A stretch of 64,000 nt of DNA. Origin: Opitutaceae bacterium (GTDB taxonomy: Bacteria; Verrucomicrobiota; Verrucomicrobiia; Opitutales; Opitutaceae). Position numbers and translations under genes: made by a program. The first letter of the stretch is position 1. Every line of letters starts with the position of its first letter. The notes under the pieces were generated by a model. That model saw only the letters and a program-made list of their open reading frames with translations. It searched no databases and was not told the DNA's origin. Below, in pieces: positions 1 through 9,771 of the stretch. The stretch spans positions 1,843-65,842 of the forward strand of contig JAPKDW010000001.1 of the NCBI GenBank assembly GCA_028822375.1. The letters run 5' to 3'.

Positions 1-1
1 C

Positions 2-655
2 GGAATGCCAATCCCAATGGGAGGGGGTAGCTCTGGAGGTGGACAAGAAAGCCAAAGCAGCATGGGATTGCCCCCAAAGGGCGGACAAAGCAGCCAAGGA
101 TCTCAAGGGCAAAGCAGTCAAGGAATGCCCCCCCAAAGTAGTCAAGGCAGTCAAGGTAGCCAGGCTAGCCAAAGCAACAACACTCCGCTTCTCCCCATGC
201 CTCCCTCCAATTCCAGCCAGGGCAATCAGGGAGAACAAGGGGAGTCCGGCGAACAAGGCGAATCAGGTGAATCAGGTGAAGAGGGGCAATCAGGGGAAAT
301 GCCGCAAGGTCAGTCGGGAGAGTCAGGGCAATCCGGACAAATGCCACAGGGACAATTGCCCCCACCTCCGCCAGATATTCAAATTGGTGATAGCTCCGAA
401 CAAATCGGCGGTCCAATTGGAGACCTAACGGGTAACGATCCGAATGCTGAAAAAGCAGAGAGCGAAGGCGGAGGAGGAGAAAGTTCTCCAACCGACGACA
501 AAGCGAATTCCAAAAAAGGCGGTCCAAATGGTGGTCAGAAGAATGAAAAGGCCGTCACCGAATCCGATGGTCAAAAAGTAGGCGGAGGCGGCAGCCAAAG
601 CGGCAATCGAGCCAAAGGAACGGAAGAAGGCGCCAAGATGTCTACTGACCTCTAG
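2..655 (+). CDS. C-terminal part of a low-complexity Gln/Ser/Gly/Glu-rich protein (5-prime end outside the window)
   Basis: The frame is open from the window edge to the TAG at 653-655. It carries degenerate SQG / GESG repeats and no recognisable domain. Two other frames are also open, as expected for low-complexity DNA. Confidence 0.45.
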   Translation, partial: GMPIPMGGGSSGGGQESQSSMGLPPKGGQSSQGSQGQSSQGMPPQSSQGSQGSQASQSNNTPLLPMPPSNSSQGNQGEQGESGEQGESGESGEEGQSGEMPQGQSGESGQSGQMPQGQLPPPPPDIQIGDSSEQIGGPIGDLTGNDPNAEKAESEGGGGESSPTDDKANSKKGGPNGGQKNEKAVTESDGQKVGGGGSQSGNRAKGTEEGAKMSTDL

Positions 656-675
656 AACCGGTATATCACCACTCT

Positions 676-1059
676 ATGATTCGTCTGTACGCCATCGTCT
701 CGTTAGCTTGCGCAATCTTCTCGGTCTCGAGCCTTGCGCAAAATACGCCGACCAAAGTTATCGTCTATCCGCTCGAGGCAGTCATCGACAGCGGCACGAT
801 GAGCAATAGCCAATTCAAAAAACGTTATCCCGGTATCGACGTTACGGAATACGGATTAGTCGACGAAGGTTGGTACATCCGTTATACGCATGAACGCTTG
901 GTCTATATGTTCGGGCCAAGCGACGAACTTGAATACACTCGGGAGCTCAAAGCCCTTCTCGAAGAGATCCGCCTTTCAGCTGTTCTCAAAAACTCGAAAA
1001 TCAGTTCGAGCAAAGTCGAGATCGTCAAATTCGAATTCTCTGCCCTAGGTAACAGTTAG
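676..1059 (+). CDS. small hypothetical secreted protein
   Basis: ATG start followed by an N-terminal hydrophobic signal-like segment (MIRLYAIVSLACAIFSVSSLAQ). No recognisable family. Confidence 0.5.
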   Translation: MIRLYAIVSLACAIFSVSSLAQNTPTKVIVYPLEAVIDSGTMSNSQFKKRYPGIDVTEYGLVDEGWYIRYTHERLVYMFGPSDELEYTRELKALLEEIRLSAVLKNSKISSSKVEIVKFEFSALGNS

Positions 1060-1061
1060 GC

Positions 1062-1913
1062 CTAATCTTGATCTCCGGCGTATCCGCCACTCCATTTCAG
1101 TTTTCGGCGAACAACGTTGAAATGAGAATAGTCCACTTTCTGGGCAATCGGTAAACGTTGAGACGAATGCCGAATTCGAATAGGACAGTCTTTCGAAGTC
1201 GATAGGTTTCGCTGCCCATCTACCGCAACCATCAAACGCTCGTTCGGATAAGCGTTTTCTACGCGAAGCTCGACATCCTCAGGAAATATGATCGACCGAT
1301 TACTCAGCGCGTGTGGACAAATCGGCGTGAGAGAGATCACTTTCGACTCAGGGTGCACCAATGGACCGCCAGCTGAAAGCGTGTAGGCCGTCGAACCCGT
1401 AGGCGTACTGAATATCAATCCATCGCAAATGTAAGTCGTCACGAACTCGTCATCCGCAAATACGTTTAGATGAGCGATACGGCTAACCGAAGCAGCTTTA
1501 ATCACCACATCGTTAAGCGCTAAATCCATGTGATCCTCATGCGTCCGGCATTCCAACAAACCGCGACTGCGAATCTTATAAGCGCCATCCAAAACAGCAG
1601 GGAGGGCCTCCTCTATCTCCTCTGCCGTGTAAGTCGTCAAGAAACCCAATGTACCTCGATTCACTCCAATCAAAGGAACCTGACGGCGAGTCGACTCTGT
1701 CGCTACGCTAAGAAATGTCCCGTCGCCACCAATAACGCAGCACGCATCCATTCCTTCAAGGTATCCATCAGGAACGGGAAATTCCGATGTCTCGCGAACT
1801 TCGACTCCACGCTCGAGAGCCGCCTCTTTCAAACGATTCAATAACTCTGAAGCTCCAGATTTCGTCTGGTTCAACACAAATGCGAGACGTTTAATAGGCT
1901 TTGGATCCGACAC
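1062..1913 (-). CDS. nadK: NAD+ kinase
   Basis: GGDGTFL motif, NDVV, and DGLIFSTPTGSTAYTLSAGGP, typical of the NadK/PpnK family. Confidence 0.93.
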   Translation of the reverse strand: MSDPKPIKRLAFVLNQTKSGASELLNRLKEAALERGVEVRETSEFPVPDGYLEGMDACCVIGGDGTFLSVATESTRRQVPLIGVNRGTLGFLTTYTAEEIEEALPAVLDGAYKIRSRGLLECRTHEDHMDLALNDVVIKAASVSRIAHLNVFADDEFVTTYICDGLIFSTPTGSTAYTLSAGGPLVHPESKVISLTPICPHALSNRSIIFPEDVELRVENAYPNERLMVAVDGQRNLSTSKDCPIRIRHSSQRLPIAQKVDYSHFNVVRRKLKWSGGYAGDQD

Positions 1914-1940
1914 GGTTTAGAAAATCGCGCGAGCTCCTCG

Positions 1941-2687
1941 CTATTTCAACTTAGAAAACCCCAAAAGGAACTCTACATTGCCGTCCGCGCCCTTAATCGG
2001 CGACGCCACGCAACCAATTCGATGAGCTCCTTCCAAATTTGCCAAAGCGAACGTTTCCACTTTCGCCAATGCCTTAGCTCGCTCCGTCTCGTCTTTGATC
2101 ACACCGCGAAATTTATCCGCTACTGCTTTACCTACTTCGAACTGCGGTTTGACCAATGCAATCAAAACTCCCCCAATAGCCAAAAACGGCCAAATCGCGG
2201 GGAGAATCGTATTCAGTGAAATAAATGAAAGGTCCATCACTATTCGATCGTAGGACTCTCTCGGCAAATCTCCCATTTTTAAATAGCGAGCATTCACCTT
2301 CTCCATATTATCGATACGGGGGTCGTTTCGCAACTTCGCGTGCAATTGTCCTTTCCCAACATCGACGCACGTTACACTGGTCGCCCCCAACTGTAGCGAG
2401 CAATCAGTAAACCCACCGGTCGACGCCCCAACATCCAATACATGCTGGTCCTTGAACTCCAACGGAAACTCCTTGATGTAGCCCTCCAGCTTCTCTCCGC
2501 CTCGACTGACAAAACGCTTACCCGCTTCTACGAACAGCTTAATGTCATCGCTCACCTTCACCCCAGGCTTATCATGCCGCCGGTCCCCTTCGCGGACCTT
2601 GCCAGTCATTATCAAAGCCTTCGCTTCGCTCCGGCTCGATGCAAAGCCGAGCTGCAAAACCAATTCGTCCAGTCGGATCTTAGCCAT
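1941..2687 (-). CDS. tlyA: TlyA-family rRNA 2-prime-O-methyltransferase (S4 + FtsJ-like domains)
   Basis: N-terminal S4 domain (RLDELVLQLGFASSRSEAKALI) and SAM motif DVGASTGGFTD. Overlaps the ribF stop by 8 nt. Confidence 0.9.
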   Translation of the reverse strand: MAKIRLDELVLQLGFASSRSEAKALIMTGKVREGDRRHDKPGVKVSDDIKLFVEAGKRFVSRGGEKLEGYIKEFPLEFKDQHVLDVGASTGGFTDCSLQLGATSVTCVDVGKGQLHAKLRNDPRIDNMEKVNARYLKMGDLPRESYDRIVMDLSFISLNTILPAIWPFLAIGGVLIALVKPQFEVGKAVADKFRGVIKDETERAKALAKVETFALANLEGAHRIGCVASPIKGADGNVEFLLGFSKLK

Positions 2688-3636
2688 CGAGAGCCTCCTT
2701 AAAAAACGTATTCGCCGAAGCGATATCGCTACCGATCTGCTCCTTCAATATATCGATGCTATCGAATTTCATTTCAGGACGAATAAACATCTCCCACTCG
2801 ACTCGCAAGCGCTCTCCATAGGAAAACGGACAATCCTCCAAAACATGCGCTTCAAGCAGAGGGCTCTTTAACTCATTCACCGTAGGACGAACGCCAAAAT
2901 TCGCGACCGCTCTCAATTGCTCTTCACCATGTTCACGAGAAACACGAACCGCGTACACTCCGTACCGAGGAGGCAAATCGCCCTCAAACGGAAAGTTCAA
3001 AGTAGGAACGCCAATCGTTCTCCCAATTCGCTTTCCTTCCGTCACCGTACCGATCGACTCGTAAAGATAGCCAAGCAAACGATTCGCTTCGCTCATCCGC
3101 CCTTCCGATATTGCATTACGTATCCGCGTGCTACTGACGCGCTCTCCGTCGACATAAAGACAATCCAAAGCATAGGTCTGAACGCCTTCATTCGCAGCCA
3201 GTTGATTCAGAAAACCAACATCGCCCAAACGCCCTTTTCCGAATCGCCAATTCTCTCCCGTATGCAATGAAGCCAAAGTGGGGATTTTCGACTTCAGCAT
3301 TTTTACAAATCCATTCGATTCGATCGACGCAAAAGCTCTGGTAAACGGTTCTTCGATCACGAAGTCGATCCGAAGCTTTTCCAATTCGGCCTGTTTCATA
3401 TCCGAATTCAAAATCATCCGTACCGGATTATCCGGACTGAACAATCGACTTGGATGAGGCCAGAAGGTGAGCACTCCCGCGAGTCCGCCTTGTTCAGCAG
3501 CTGCGCGTATCGCAGATTCGATGACAACGCGATGACCCCGATGCGCTCCATCGAACATGCCGATCGCTAGATGGACCGACTGATCCGAGTCCACCTGGAA
3601 TGCGTCTAAACTGTCAAAATGGATCGAGGCAGCCAT
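2680..3636 (-). CDS. ribF: bifunctional riboflavin kinase / FMN adenylyltransferase
   Basis: GMFDGAHRGH nucleotidyltransferase motif and a C-terminal riboflavin kinase segment (GRTIGVPTLN ... FIRPEMKFDS). Confidence 0.93.
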   Translation of the reverse strand: MAASIHFDSLDAFQVDSDQSVHLAIGMFDGAHRGHRVVIESAIRAAAEQGGLAGVLTFWPHPSRLFSPDNPVRMILNSDMKQAELEKLRIDFVIEEPFTRAFASIESNGFVKMLKSKIPTLASLHTGENWRFGKGRLGDVGFLNQLAANEGVQTYALDCLYVDGERVSSTRIRNAISEGRMSEANRLLGYLYESIGTVTEGKRIGRTIGVPTLNFPFEGDLPPRYGVYAVRVSREHGEEQLRAVANFGVRPTVNELKSPLLEAHVLEDCPFSYGERLRVEWEMFIRPEMKFDSIDILKEQIGSDIASANTFFKEALDG

Positions 3637-3647
3637 TAGCGTTTCAA

Positions 3648-4370
3648 TTAAAGAACTACGTCTGGCAACGCATCGTTCTTAGCGATCAGAACTTTGGATA
3701 TCGTTTCGCGATCCGCCTCTTGAAACGCTTCGAGCGTAATCGAGTCCTTAATGTGGAATCGATCGGAAGCCGTTCGCCTCAACCCTGACAAATGAGCTCC
3801 GCATCCTAGCTTCTCGCCAATATCGCTAGCGAGCGTTCGCACATACGTGCCTTTGGTGCAGTCCAAACTGAAATCGATTTCAGGCGACTCGAAACGAGTT
3901 GTCTCAAATCTCGAGATACGAATGAACCGTGGTTCGCGCTCCACTTCCTGCCCTTTTCGAGCTAGCTTGTAGAGAGGCTGCCCATTAATTTTCACCGCAG
4001 AAAACATAGGAGGCGTTTGATACTGATCACCCATAAACGAATCGAGCGTCTTCGAAACCGCATCCATCGTCAGTTCGGGTACGGGTATAGTGGTCATCAC
4101 TTCTCCCTCCGCATCATAGGTATTGGTCGCCACACCCAAGGTGATCGTTCCTTCGTAAACCTTGTCCAAGCTCATTAGATATTGGGAGAGCTTCGTAGCC
4201 TTGCCCACCAAAATAATAAGCAGTCCAGTCGCCAACGGATCCAAGGTACCCGCATGGCCAATACGTTTCATTTTTAACTTCCTACGGACTTTATCCACAA
4301 CATCGTGCGACGTCATCCCGCTAGGCTTGTCGATTAGCAATACTCCTTCTAAATCTTTCAATTCGTTCAT
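3648..4370 (-). CDS. truB: tRNA pseudouridine(55) synthase
   Basis: [14 protein letters not shown] catalytic-Asp motif and YQQxPPxxSA-like [12 protein letters not shown]. Conserved position after rbfA. Confidence 0.95.
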   Translation of the reverse strand: MNELKDLEGVLLIDKPSGMTSHDVVDKVRRKLKMKRIGHAGTLDPLATGLLIILVGKATKLSQYLMSLDKVYEGTITLGVATNTYDAEGEVMTTIPVPELTMDAVSKTLDSFMGDQYQTPPMFSAVKINGQPLYKLARKGQEVEREPRFIRISRFETTRFESPEIDFSLDCTKGTYVRTLASDIGEKLGCGAHLSGLRRTASDRFHIKDSITLEAFQEADRETISKVLIAKNDALPDVVL

Positions 4371-4397
4371 GTTCGTACTATAGCTCCAAAAACTCGC

Positions 4398-5381
4398 TTA
4401 TACGCGCTTTGCCAACGCCTCCAACAGCGCAGCTCTTAATTCATCCAAAGGCTTCTTGATAGTCATCGCTGCAGCGCAAGCATGTCCGCCGCCTCCAAAG
4501 AGACTTGCGATTTGATCCACTCGGAGCTCCTTTCGATTCGCTCTCAAGCTGCTCTTCGTCTCAGTTTTACGCTCTTCTAGCAACACTCCAACCGACACTC
4601 CTTTTATGGTCCGAGCGTAGTCGACAAAACCTTCAGTGTCCTGATAAGACGTGCCTGTTTCAAGAAAATCCCTTTGTCGCAACTGCCCTACGCACACCTT
4701 GCCGTCGCACTCCAAAGTCAACGAAGCCAAGAATCGCTCCAGCAATTTCATGCGTGCCAACGACTCGTTTTCAAAAAGATTTTGCGTCGCTATTTGTGGA
4801 GATGCCCCCCGCTTGACCAATTCGCTGCACAACTCGAAAACACGACTGCTCGTTGCCGCGTAGCTAAACCTTCCCGTATCCGTTACGATGCCCGCATACA
4901 TCGCTTGGGCGATTGACGCGCCGATATCCAAATCGACATCTAGAGCGATCCCCGCTAGAATTTCGCAAGTGGCTGATGCATCCGCGTCAATAAGGTTCAT
5001 CTCCGCATAGAGCGTATTCGTTATATGGTGATCGATATTCAGGATTCGGCGACGGGACGCTAACGCTTCCGATGTTTTAGGCCCTACCCGAAACTCGTCA
5101 GCGCAATCGACATAAACAAGCGGCAGATCCCCCAATGAGCTCGGGTTGATCATCTCAATATCGGAACTACCATCCAAATAGTTCAAGGCTTCTGGAATCC
5201 GGTCAGCATTAACCGCAAGAACGTCCACTCCAGACATTTTCAACATGCCTGACAAAGCGATCTGCGAACCGATGCAATCGCCATCCGGACGAGCATGGCC
5301 GATCACACAGACCTTTCGCTCTGTATTCGCGTTGACGAACTCCTTGAAAAGTGGAGTCAATTCTGGGAAGAAAGCACTCAA
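4398..5381 (-). CDS. nrnA: DHH/DHHA1 phosphoesterase (NrnA-like oligoribonuclease / pAp phosphatase)
   Basis: GHARPDGDCIGS, IDHH and GGGGH motifs. ATGA overlap with the rbfA stop. Confidence 0.85.
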   Translation of the reverse strand: MSAFFPELTPLFKEFVNANTERKVCVIGHARPDGDCIGSQIALSGMLKMSGVDVLAVNADRIPEALNYLDGSSDIEMINPSSLGDLPLVYVDCADEFRVGPKTSEALASRRRILNIDHHITNTLYAEMNLIDADASATCEILAGIALDVDLDIGASIAQAMYAGIVTDTGRFSYAATSSRVFELCSELVKRGASPQIATQNLFENESLARMKLLERFLASLTLECDGKVCVGQLRQRDFLETGTSYQDTEGFVDYARTIKGVSVGVLLEERKTETKSSLRANRKELRVDQIASLFGGGGHACAAAMTIKKPLDELRAALLEALAKRV

Positions 5382-5734
5382 TCTTCCGCCTTATCTCTCG
5401 CAACATCGAAAGAATCGATGATTTCGTTGATACGAATTCCTTGTTCGATAGCATCATCGAATTGAAATCTTAATGCCGGCAAGCGCTTGAGAACAATACG
5501 CTTGCCCAATTCGAAACGAATCTTGCCAGCAAAACGGTCAAGAAATCGCTTGGCCTTCACCTGATCGGCGCCTTTGGCGGCAATCGAATAAAAGACGTTC
5601 GCATTACTGTGATCCGGAGCCACGTCGACTCCCGTTATCGTTATTGCAACCGACTCGCCCTGGTAGCGGGTATGCAGAATATCGCTAACCTCACGCTTAA
5701 CCAATTCGGATACTCTGATATTTCGATTGCTCAT
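5378..5734 (-). CDS. rbfA: ribosome-binding factor A
   Basis: 118 aa starting RVSELVKREVSDIL. Conserved position downstream of infB. Confidence 0.93.
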   Translation of the reverse strand: MSNRNIRVSELVKREVSDILHTRYQGESVAITITGVDVAPDHSNANVFYSIAAKGADQVKAKRFLDRFAGKIRFELGKRIVLKRLPALRFQFDDAIEQGIRINEIIDSFDVARDKAED

Positions 5735-5830
5735 AGAAACCTGTACTTCGCTATCGCTTCAAGCGCGTCCCCTTTCGAGAAAGAGGATGCGCAATAAATT
5801 GCCAAAACGTTATGCGGCGAAAATTTAACG

Positions 5831-8284
5831 CTAGAGTTCAGGACGAACTTCGTGAACTTCGAGTACCTCGATAATATCGCCTTCTTTATAATCAGTCGTA
5901 TTTTCAAGATGGATACCACACTCGGTACCGGCACGAACTTCCTTCACCTCGTCCTTCTCGCGACGCAAGGTGTCGATCTTACGCTCGGCAACTACTTTTC
6001 CATTTCGGACAACACGAGCAAGGTTGCCCTTAATCACACGTCCTTCGACAACCAAACAACCAGCGACAACGCCATTTGCAACTTGGAAGACCGCGCGAAT
6101 TTCCGCAGCGCCGATTTTAGTTTCACGGTACTCGGGATCGAGCATTTCAACCATGTCCTCGCGAACCCGATCCAACAATTCGTAAATAATACTGTGATGC
6201 GTAATCTTTACAGCGTGATGCTTTGCAAGCGCTTGCACGCCATTCTCAGTCTTCACGTTAAAGCCGATTATCTCGGTACCACCCGCAGCGGCCTTCTGAA
6301 CATCGCTCTTACTGATCGCGCCAATGCCCGAACGAATAATATCGAGACACACCTTTTCGCTCTTGATTTCAACCAAGGCGCTTTTAAGAGCCTCAACCGA
6401 ACCGAATACATCGCCTTTAACAATGAGGCGCAAAGTTTTCTTCTGAGTTGCCGCAATCGCTGCAAACAACTTTTCAGGGGATGTTGGCATAAGATCTTGC
6501 TGATCCGCTGCCTGTCCTGCTCGAACCTCAACCATCTTCGTTTCGGCTTCGCGCTTCGCTGCCTTTTCATTCTTCGCAGAATGGAATTGCGCTCCACAAT
6601 CCGGAACGTCCGACCAGCCGATAATTCGAACTGGTGTCGATGGCGGCGCAATCTTCACGTTCTTGCCGTATTCGTTGAACATAGCCTTCACCTTCGTGAA
6701 GTTATGACCGCAAACCAATGAATCGCCAACCTTGAGCGTACCGCCCTGGACAATCACCGTAGCAGTCGGTCCTCGACCAACTTCTATTTGGCCTTCGATA
6801 ACGACGCCTTCAGCTGGCTTCTTCGGATTCGCCTGTAGCTCCAAAACTTCCGTTTGCAAAAGAATCATCTCAAGCAATTCGTCGATCCCTTCGCCGGTGA
6901 TAGCGGAAATTGAAACGGCAATCGTTTCGCCGCCCCAGTCTTCCGAAGAAATCCCGCGCTCTTGCATCTGGGTCTTCACCTTCTCGACGTTAGCGCCGGG
7001 AGTGTCGATCTTGTTGATCGCCACGATTGGTTGCACGCCAGACTTCTGGATGAATTTCAATGCTTCATCCGTTTGCGGCATGAATCCGTCGTCAGCAGCA
7101 ACAATGAGAATCGCCACATCGGTAACATCCGCTCCACGAGCTCGCATTTTATTGAAAGCCGCGTGACCAGGCGTATCTAGAAAAGTGATCTTACGATCGT
7201 TATGCTCGACCTGGTAAGCGCCGATATGCTGGGTAATCCCACCTGCTTCATCCTTAACGACGCTTTCCTTCCGAACAAAGTCGAGAAGGGAAGTCTTGCC
7301 GTGGTCGACGTGTCCGAGAATACAAACAACCGGAGGACGTTCCTCCATCAATGCTGCTTCGTCGACTTCCTTGACGACCTTCTTCTTCGATTTTCCGCCC
7401 TCTCCGCGATGGCGGATTTCGAGAATCACGCCTCGCTTCTCAGCAAGCTTGCTGGCGACACCCTCATCAAGGCTTTGATTGATCGAAGCAAAAATCCCCA
7501 TCTCCATCAACTCGGAGATCAATTTAAATGGCTTCACACCCAACTCGGTCGCCAAATCGCGAACCACAATAGGCGGCTTAATGACAACCGTCCGGATTTC
7601 ATCCGAAGGTACCACTGCTACCCCGCTGGCCGGAGCTGGCGGAGCGCTGCTAGGAGGAGCTCCAACACCTTGAGGCGAAGCAGGAGCGGGAATGGAAGGA
7701 GGCGCGACACCGGCTGGAGCAGCCGCAGCAGGAGGGCGAGCTGCCGGTGGAGGCGCTAAATTCGGAGCTGCTGCCGCGGGAGGCGGAGCGATACTAGGGT
7801 TTGAAACCACAGGAGGCGGAGCAATGCCAGGATTTGACGCCACAGGAGGTGGTGCCGATACCGGCGGGCTCTTTGCTGCGGGCCGTGGCGGAGCCACCGA
7901 TCTAGGCGCCGCTATTGGAGGCGGAGCGGCCAAAGGCGGAGCGGGAGGACTTGGCGCAGCAGGAACGGGAGCAGGAGGAGCCGGTTTGGCTGCTTCCTTT
8001 TCCGCTTCTATAGCTGCTTCCTTTTCTTCAACAATCTGCTCTTTCGTTCTCACGAAAGCGCTGGCCGAAGGCGGAGCAACAAGCTGAGCTGGCGCAGCGA
8101 CCTCTGCAGCAGGAGAGGCCTCAGCCACTTTGCTCGCGAATTCTTCCTTCAAAGATTCTGCCGAAATATTGTCGACGGTACTGGAGGCGCTCTTCACTTG
8201 AAAGCCGCGTTCGCGGAGAAGATCGAGGAGTTCAGTGTTCTCCATTCCGATCTCTTTGGAAAGCTGATAGATTCTTACGCTCAT
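5831..8284 (-). CDS. infB: translation initiation factor IF-2
   Basis: IF2_N start ([16 protein letters not shown]), G domain [12 protein letters not shown] / DTPGH / NKID, and a long Pro/Ala-rich linker. Confidence 0.97.
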   Translation of the reverse strand: MSVRIYQLSKEIGMENTELLDLLRERGFQVKSASSTVDNISAESLKEEFASKVAEASPAAEVAAPAQLVAPPSASAFVRTKEQIVEEKEAAIEAEKEAAKPAPPAPVPAAPSPPAPPLAAPPPIAAPRSVAPPRPAAKSPPVSAPPPVASNPGIAPPPVVSNPSIAPPPAAAAPNLAPPPAARPPAAAAPAGVAPPSIPAPASPQGVGAPPSSAPPAPASGVAVVPSDEIRTVVIKPPIVVRDLATELGVKPFKLISELMEMGIFASINQSLDEGVASKLAEKRGVILEIRHRGEGGKSKKKVVKEVDEAALMEERPPVVCILGHVDHGKTSLLDFVRKESVVKDEAGGITQHIGAYQVEHNDRKITFLDTPGHAAFNKMRARGADVTDVAILIVAADDGFMPQTDEALKFIQKSGVQPIVAINKIDTPGANVEKVKTQMQERGISSEDWGGETIAVSISAITGEGIDELLEMILLQTEVLELQANPKKPAEGVVIEGQIEVGRGPTATVIVQGGTLKVGDSLVCGHNFTKVKAMFNEYGKNVKIAPPSTPVRIIGWSDVPDCGAQFHSAKNEKAAKREAETKMVEVRAGQAADQQDLMPTSPEKLFAAIAATQKKTLRLIVKGDVFGSVEALKSALVEIKSEKVCLDIIRSGIGAISKSDVQKAAAGGTEIIGFNVKTENGVQALAKHHAVKITHHSIIYELLDRVREDMVEMLDPEYRETKIGAAEIRAVFQVANGVVAGCLVVEGRVIKGNLARVVRNGKVVAERKIDTLRREKDEVKEVRAGTECGIHLENTTDYKEGDIIEVLEVHEVRPEL

Positions 8285-8356
8285 GCGATAGGTTTAACTG
8301 TGGCTTGTTGTGAAGTATGAAAAAAGGCTCTTCTAAATGAAAGGCGACTGATTAAG

Positions 8357-9616
8357 CTATGAGGAAATGTTCTGCGACTGCAGGAAGGCATTTACCTTAG
8401 AAAGAATGTCGTTGGCCTGCGCTTCGTCGAAACCGAGGTCTTGCAAATCGGAAACTTCGACATCCAAGAATACTTCCGGACTAATCATCCCGTTCATCAC
8501 GAGGCGTTCCGCAGTTTCGTCGTCAATTCCTTCGATTTGATTCAAACCGGCTGCCGCTTGCTGCTGCTTCGCTTCGATACTGACCTCATGAACCTCTTCC
8601 TTCATTATATCGATTCTCCAACCGACAAGCTTCGAAGTAAGACGAGCATTCTGCCCTTTACGGCCAATCGCGATCGCCAAATCGTCTTCCGATACTTCAA
8701 CGCGCATGCGCTTATTAAAATCATCCATTATGATGTTGCGAGGAATCGCTGGTTTCAACGCTTCCAACACCATCTCCGTCGGATCTTCGTAATAACGGAT
8801 AATGTCGATCTTCTCGCCGCCCAATTCACGAACGATACTCTTAACGCGAGCTCCACGAGCTCCAACGCAAGCGCCAACTGGATCCACTTTCGAATCCGAG
8901 GAAGAGACTGCGATCTTGGTACGGTAACCCGGTTCGCGAGCGAATGCTTCGATAGTAACTGTGCCATCGGCAATTTCCGTCACTTCCAACTCGAACAAGC
9001 GATGAACGAACTTCGAACTCGAACGGCTCAAAATCAATTCCGGTCCACGATTGGACGCTTCAATCTTTAGCAAGAAGCAGCGAATGCGTTCGCCAGGAGA
9101 ATAATCTTCACCAGGAACTTGCTCTCTCGAAGGCATGATCGCCTCGGCCTTGCCTAAATCGATGCAAAGATCGCCACGCTCGCGGCGGCGTACGATTCCG
9201 CTGACGATATCGCCAACCTGATCCTTAAAATCATCGTAGATCCGTTCTTTTTCGAACTGGCGCAAACGTTGCATGATCGCTTGACGAGCGGTCTGCGCAG
9301 CAATGCGTCCCAAATAGGCCGGATCCATCTCCTTTTCGAAAAACTCTCCCAACTGAATATCCGGAGTGATCAATCGGGCTTTCTCAAGCACGATTTCAGT
9401 CTTCGGATCGCTCATAGAATCAACGACTTCCAAAAGTGCCCACGCTTGCATCTTGCCATTTTTCGGATCGATATCGACCTTCAATTCCTGGCCCGCGTTC
9501 ACGCCCTTAGCGGCAGCATTCTTGATAGCAGTAACGATAGTAGAGATCATGTCTTCCCGACCGATCCCCTTCTCTTTCTCCATGTACTCTAAAACGGATA
9601 GAATTTCGCTGCTCAT
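8357..9616 (-). CDS. nusA: transcription termination/antitermination factor NusA
   Basis: N-terminal domain, S1 and KH1/KH2 signatures ([23 protein letters not shown]; [11 protein letters not shown]). Lies upstream of infB. Confidence 0.97.
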   Translation of the reverse strand: MSSEILSVLEYMEKEKGIGREDMISTIVTAIKNAAAKGVNAGQELKVDIDPKNGKMQAWALLEVVDSMSDPKTEIVLEKARLITPDIQLGEFFEKEMDPAYLGRIAAQTARQAIMQRLRQFEKERIYDDFKDQVGDIVSGIVRRRERGDLCIDLGKAEAIMPSREQVPGEDYSPGERIRCFLLKIEASNRGPELILSRSSSKFVHRLFELEVTEIADGTVTIEAFAREPGYRTKIAVSSSDSKVDPVGACVGARGARVKSIVRELGGEKIDIIRYYEDPTEMVLEALKPAIPRNIIMDDFNKRMRVEVSEDDLAIAIGRKGQNARLTSKLVGWRIDIMKEEVHEVSIEAKQQQAAAGLNQIEGIDDETAERLVMNGMISPEVFLDVEVSDLQDLGFDEAQANDILSKVNAFLQSQNISS

Positions 9617-9632
9617 GATTAAGTGGTGTATG

Positions 9633-9658
9633 AAAAAAAAAGCGGGTCAGAGACCCAC
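9633..9658 (-). terminator. intrinsic-terminator-like hairpin + U9 tract, downstream of the DUF2851 gene and 17 nt upstream of the nusA ATG
   Basis: The minus strand reads GTGGGTC-TCT-GACCCGC followed by nine T. The stem is 7 bp (one G-U), extendable by A-U pairs. Confidence 0.6.
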
Positions 9659-9687
9659 TTTCCCAAAAGTGAAAATTAAAAAAGGGG

Positions 9688-9716
9688 AGTAAATTTCTCG
9701 GCCTAGTAAAAGTCAA
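9688..9716 (-). promoter_or_regulatory. candidate sigma70-like promoter for the nusA operon
   Basis: The minus strand reads TTGACT (9716-9711), a 17-nt spacer, then TTTACT (9693-9688). It lies upstream of the hairpin. Pattern match only. Confidence 0.25.
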
Positions 9717-9771
9717 GCGTCCGGTTGGTCTGTTTCGACCCCTTTCCGCCTCACCCAAAGGGCCCCGAAAT

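Noticed and set aside
5852-8087. Long plus-strand ORFs inside infB (5852-6721, 289 aa; 6732-7166; 7202-7759; the Gly/Ala-rich 7692-8087).
   Set aside because: They are antisense shadows of a gene with unmistakable IF-2 motifs. The Gly/Ala ORF is simply the complement of the Pro/Ala linker. They have no independent motifs or sensible starts.
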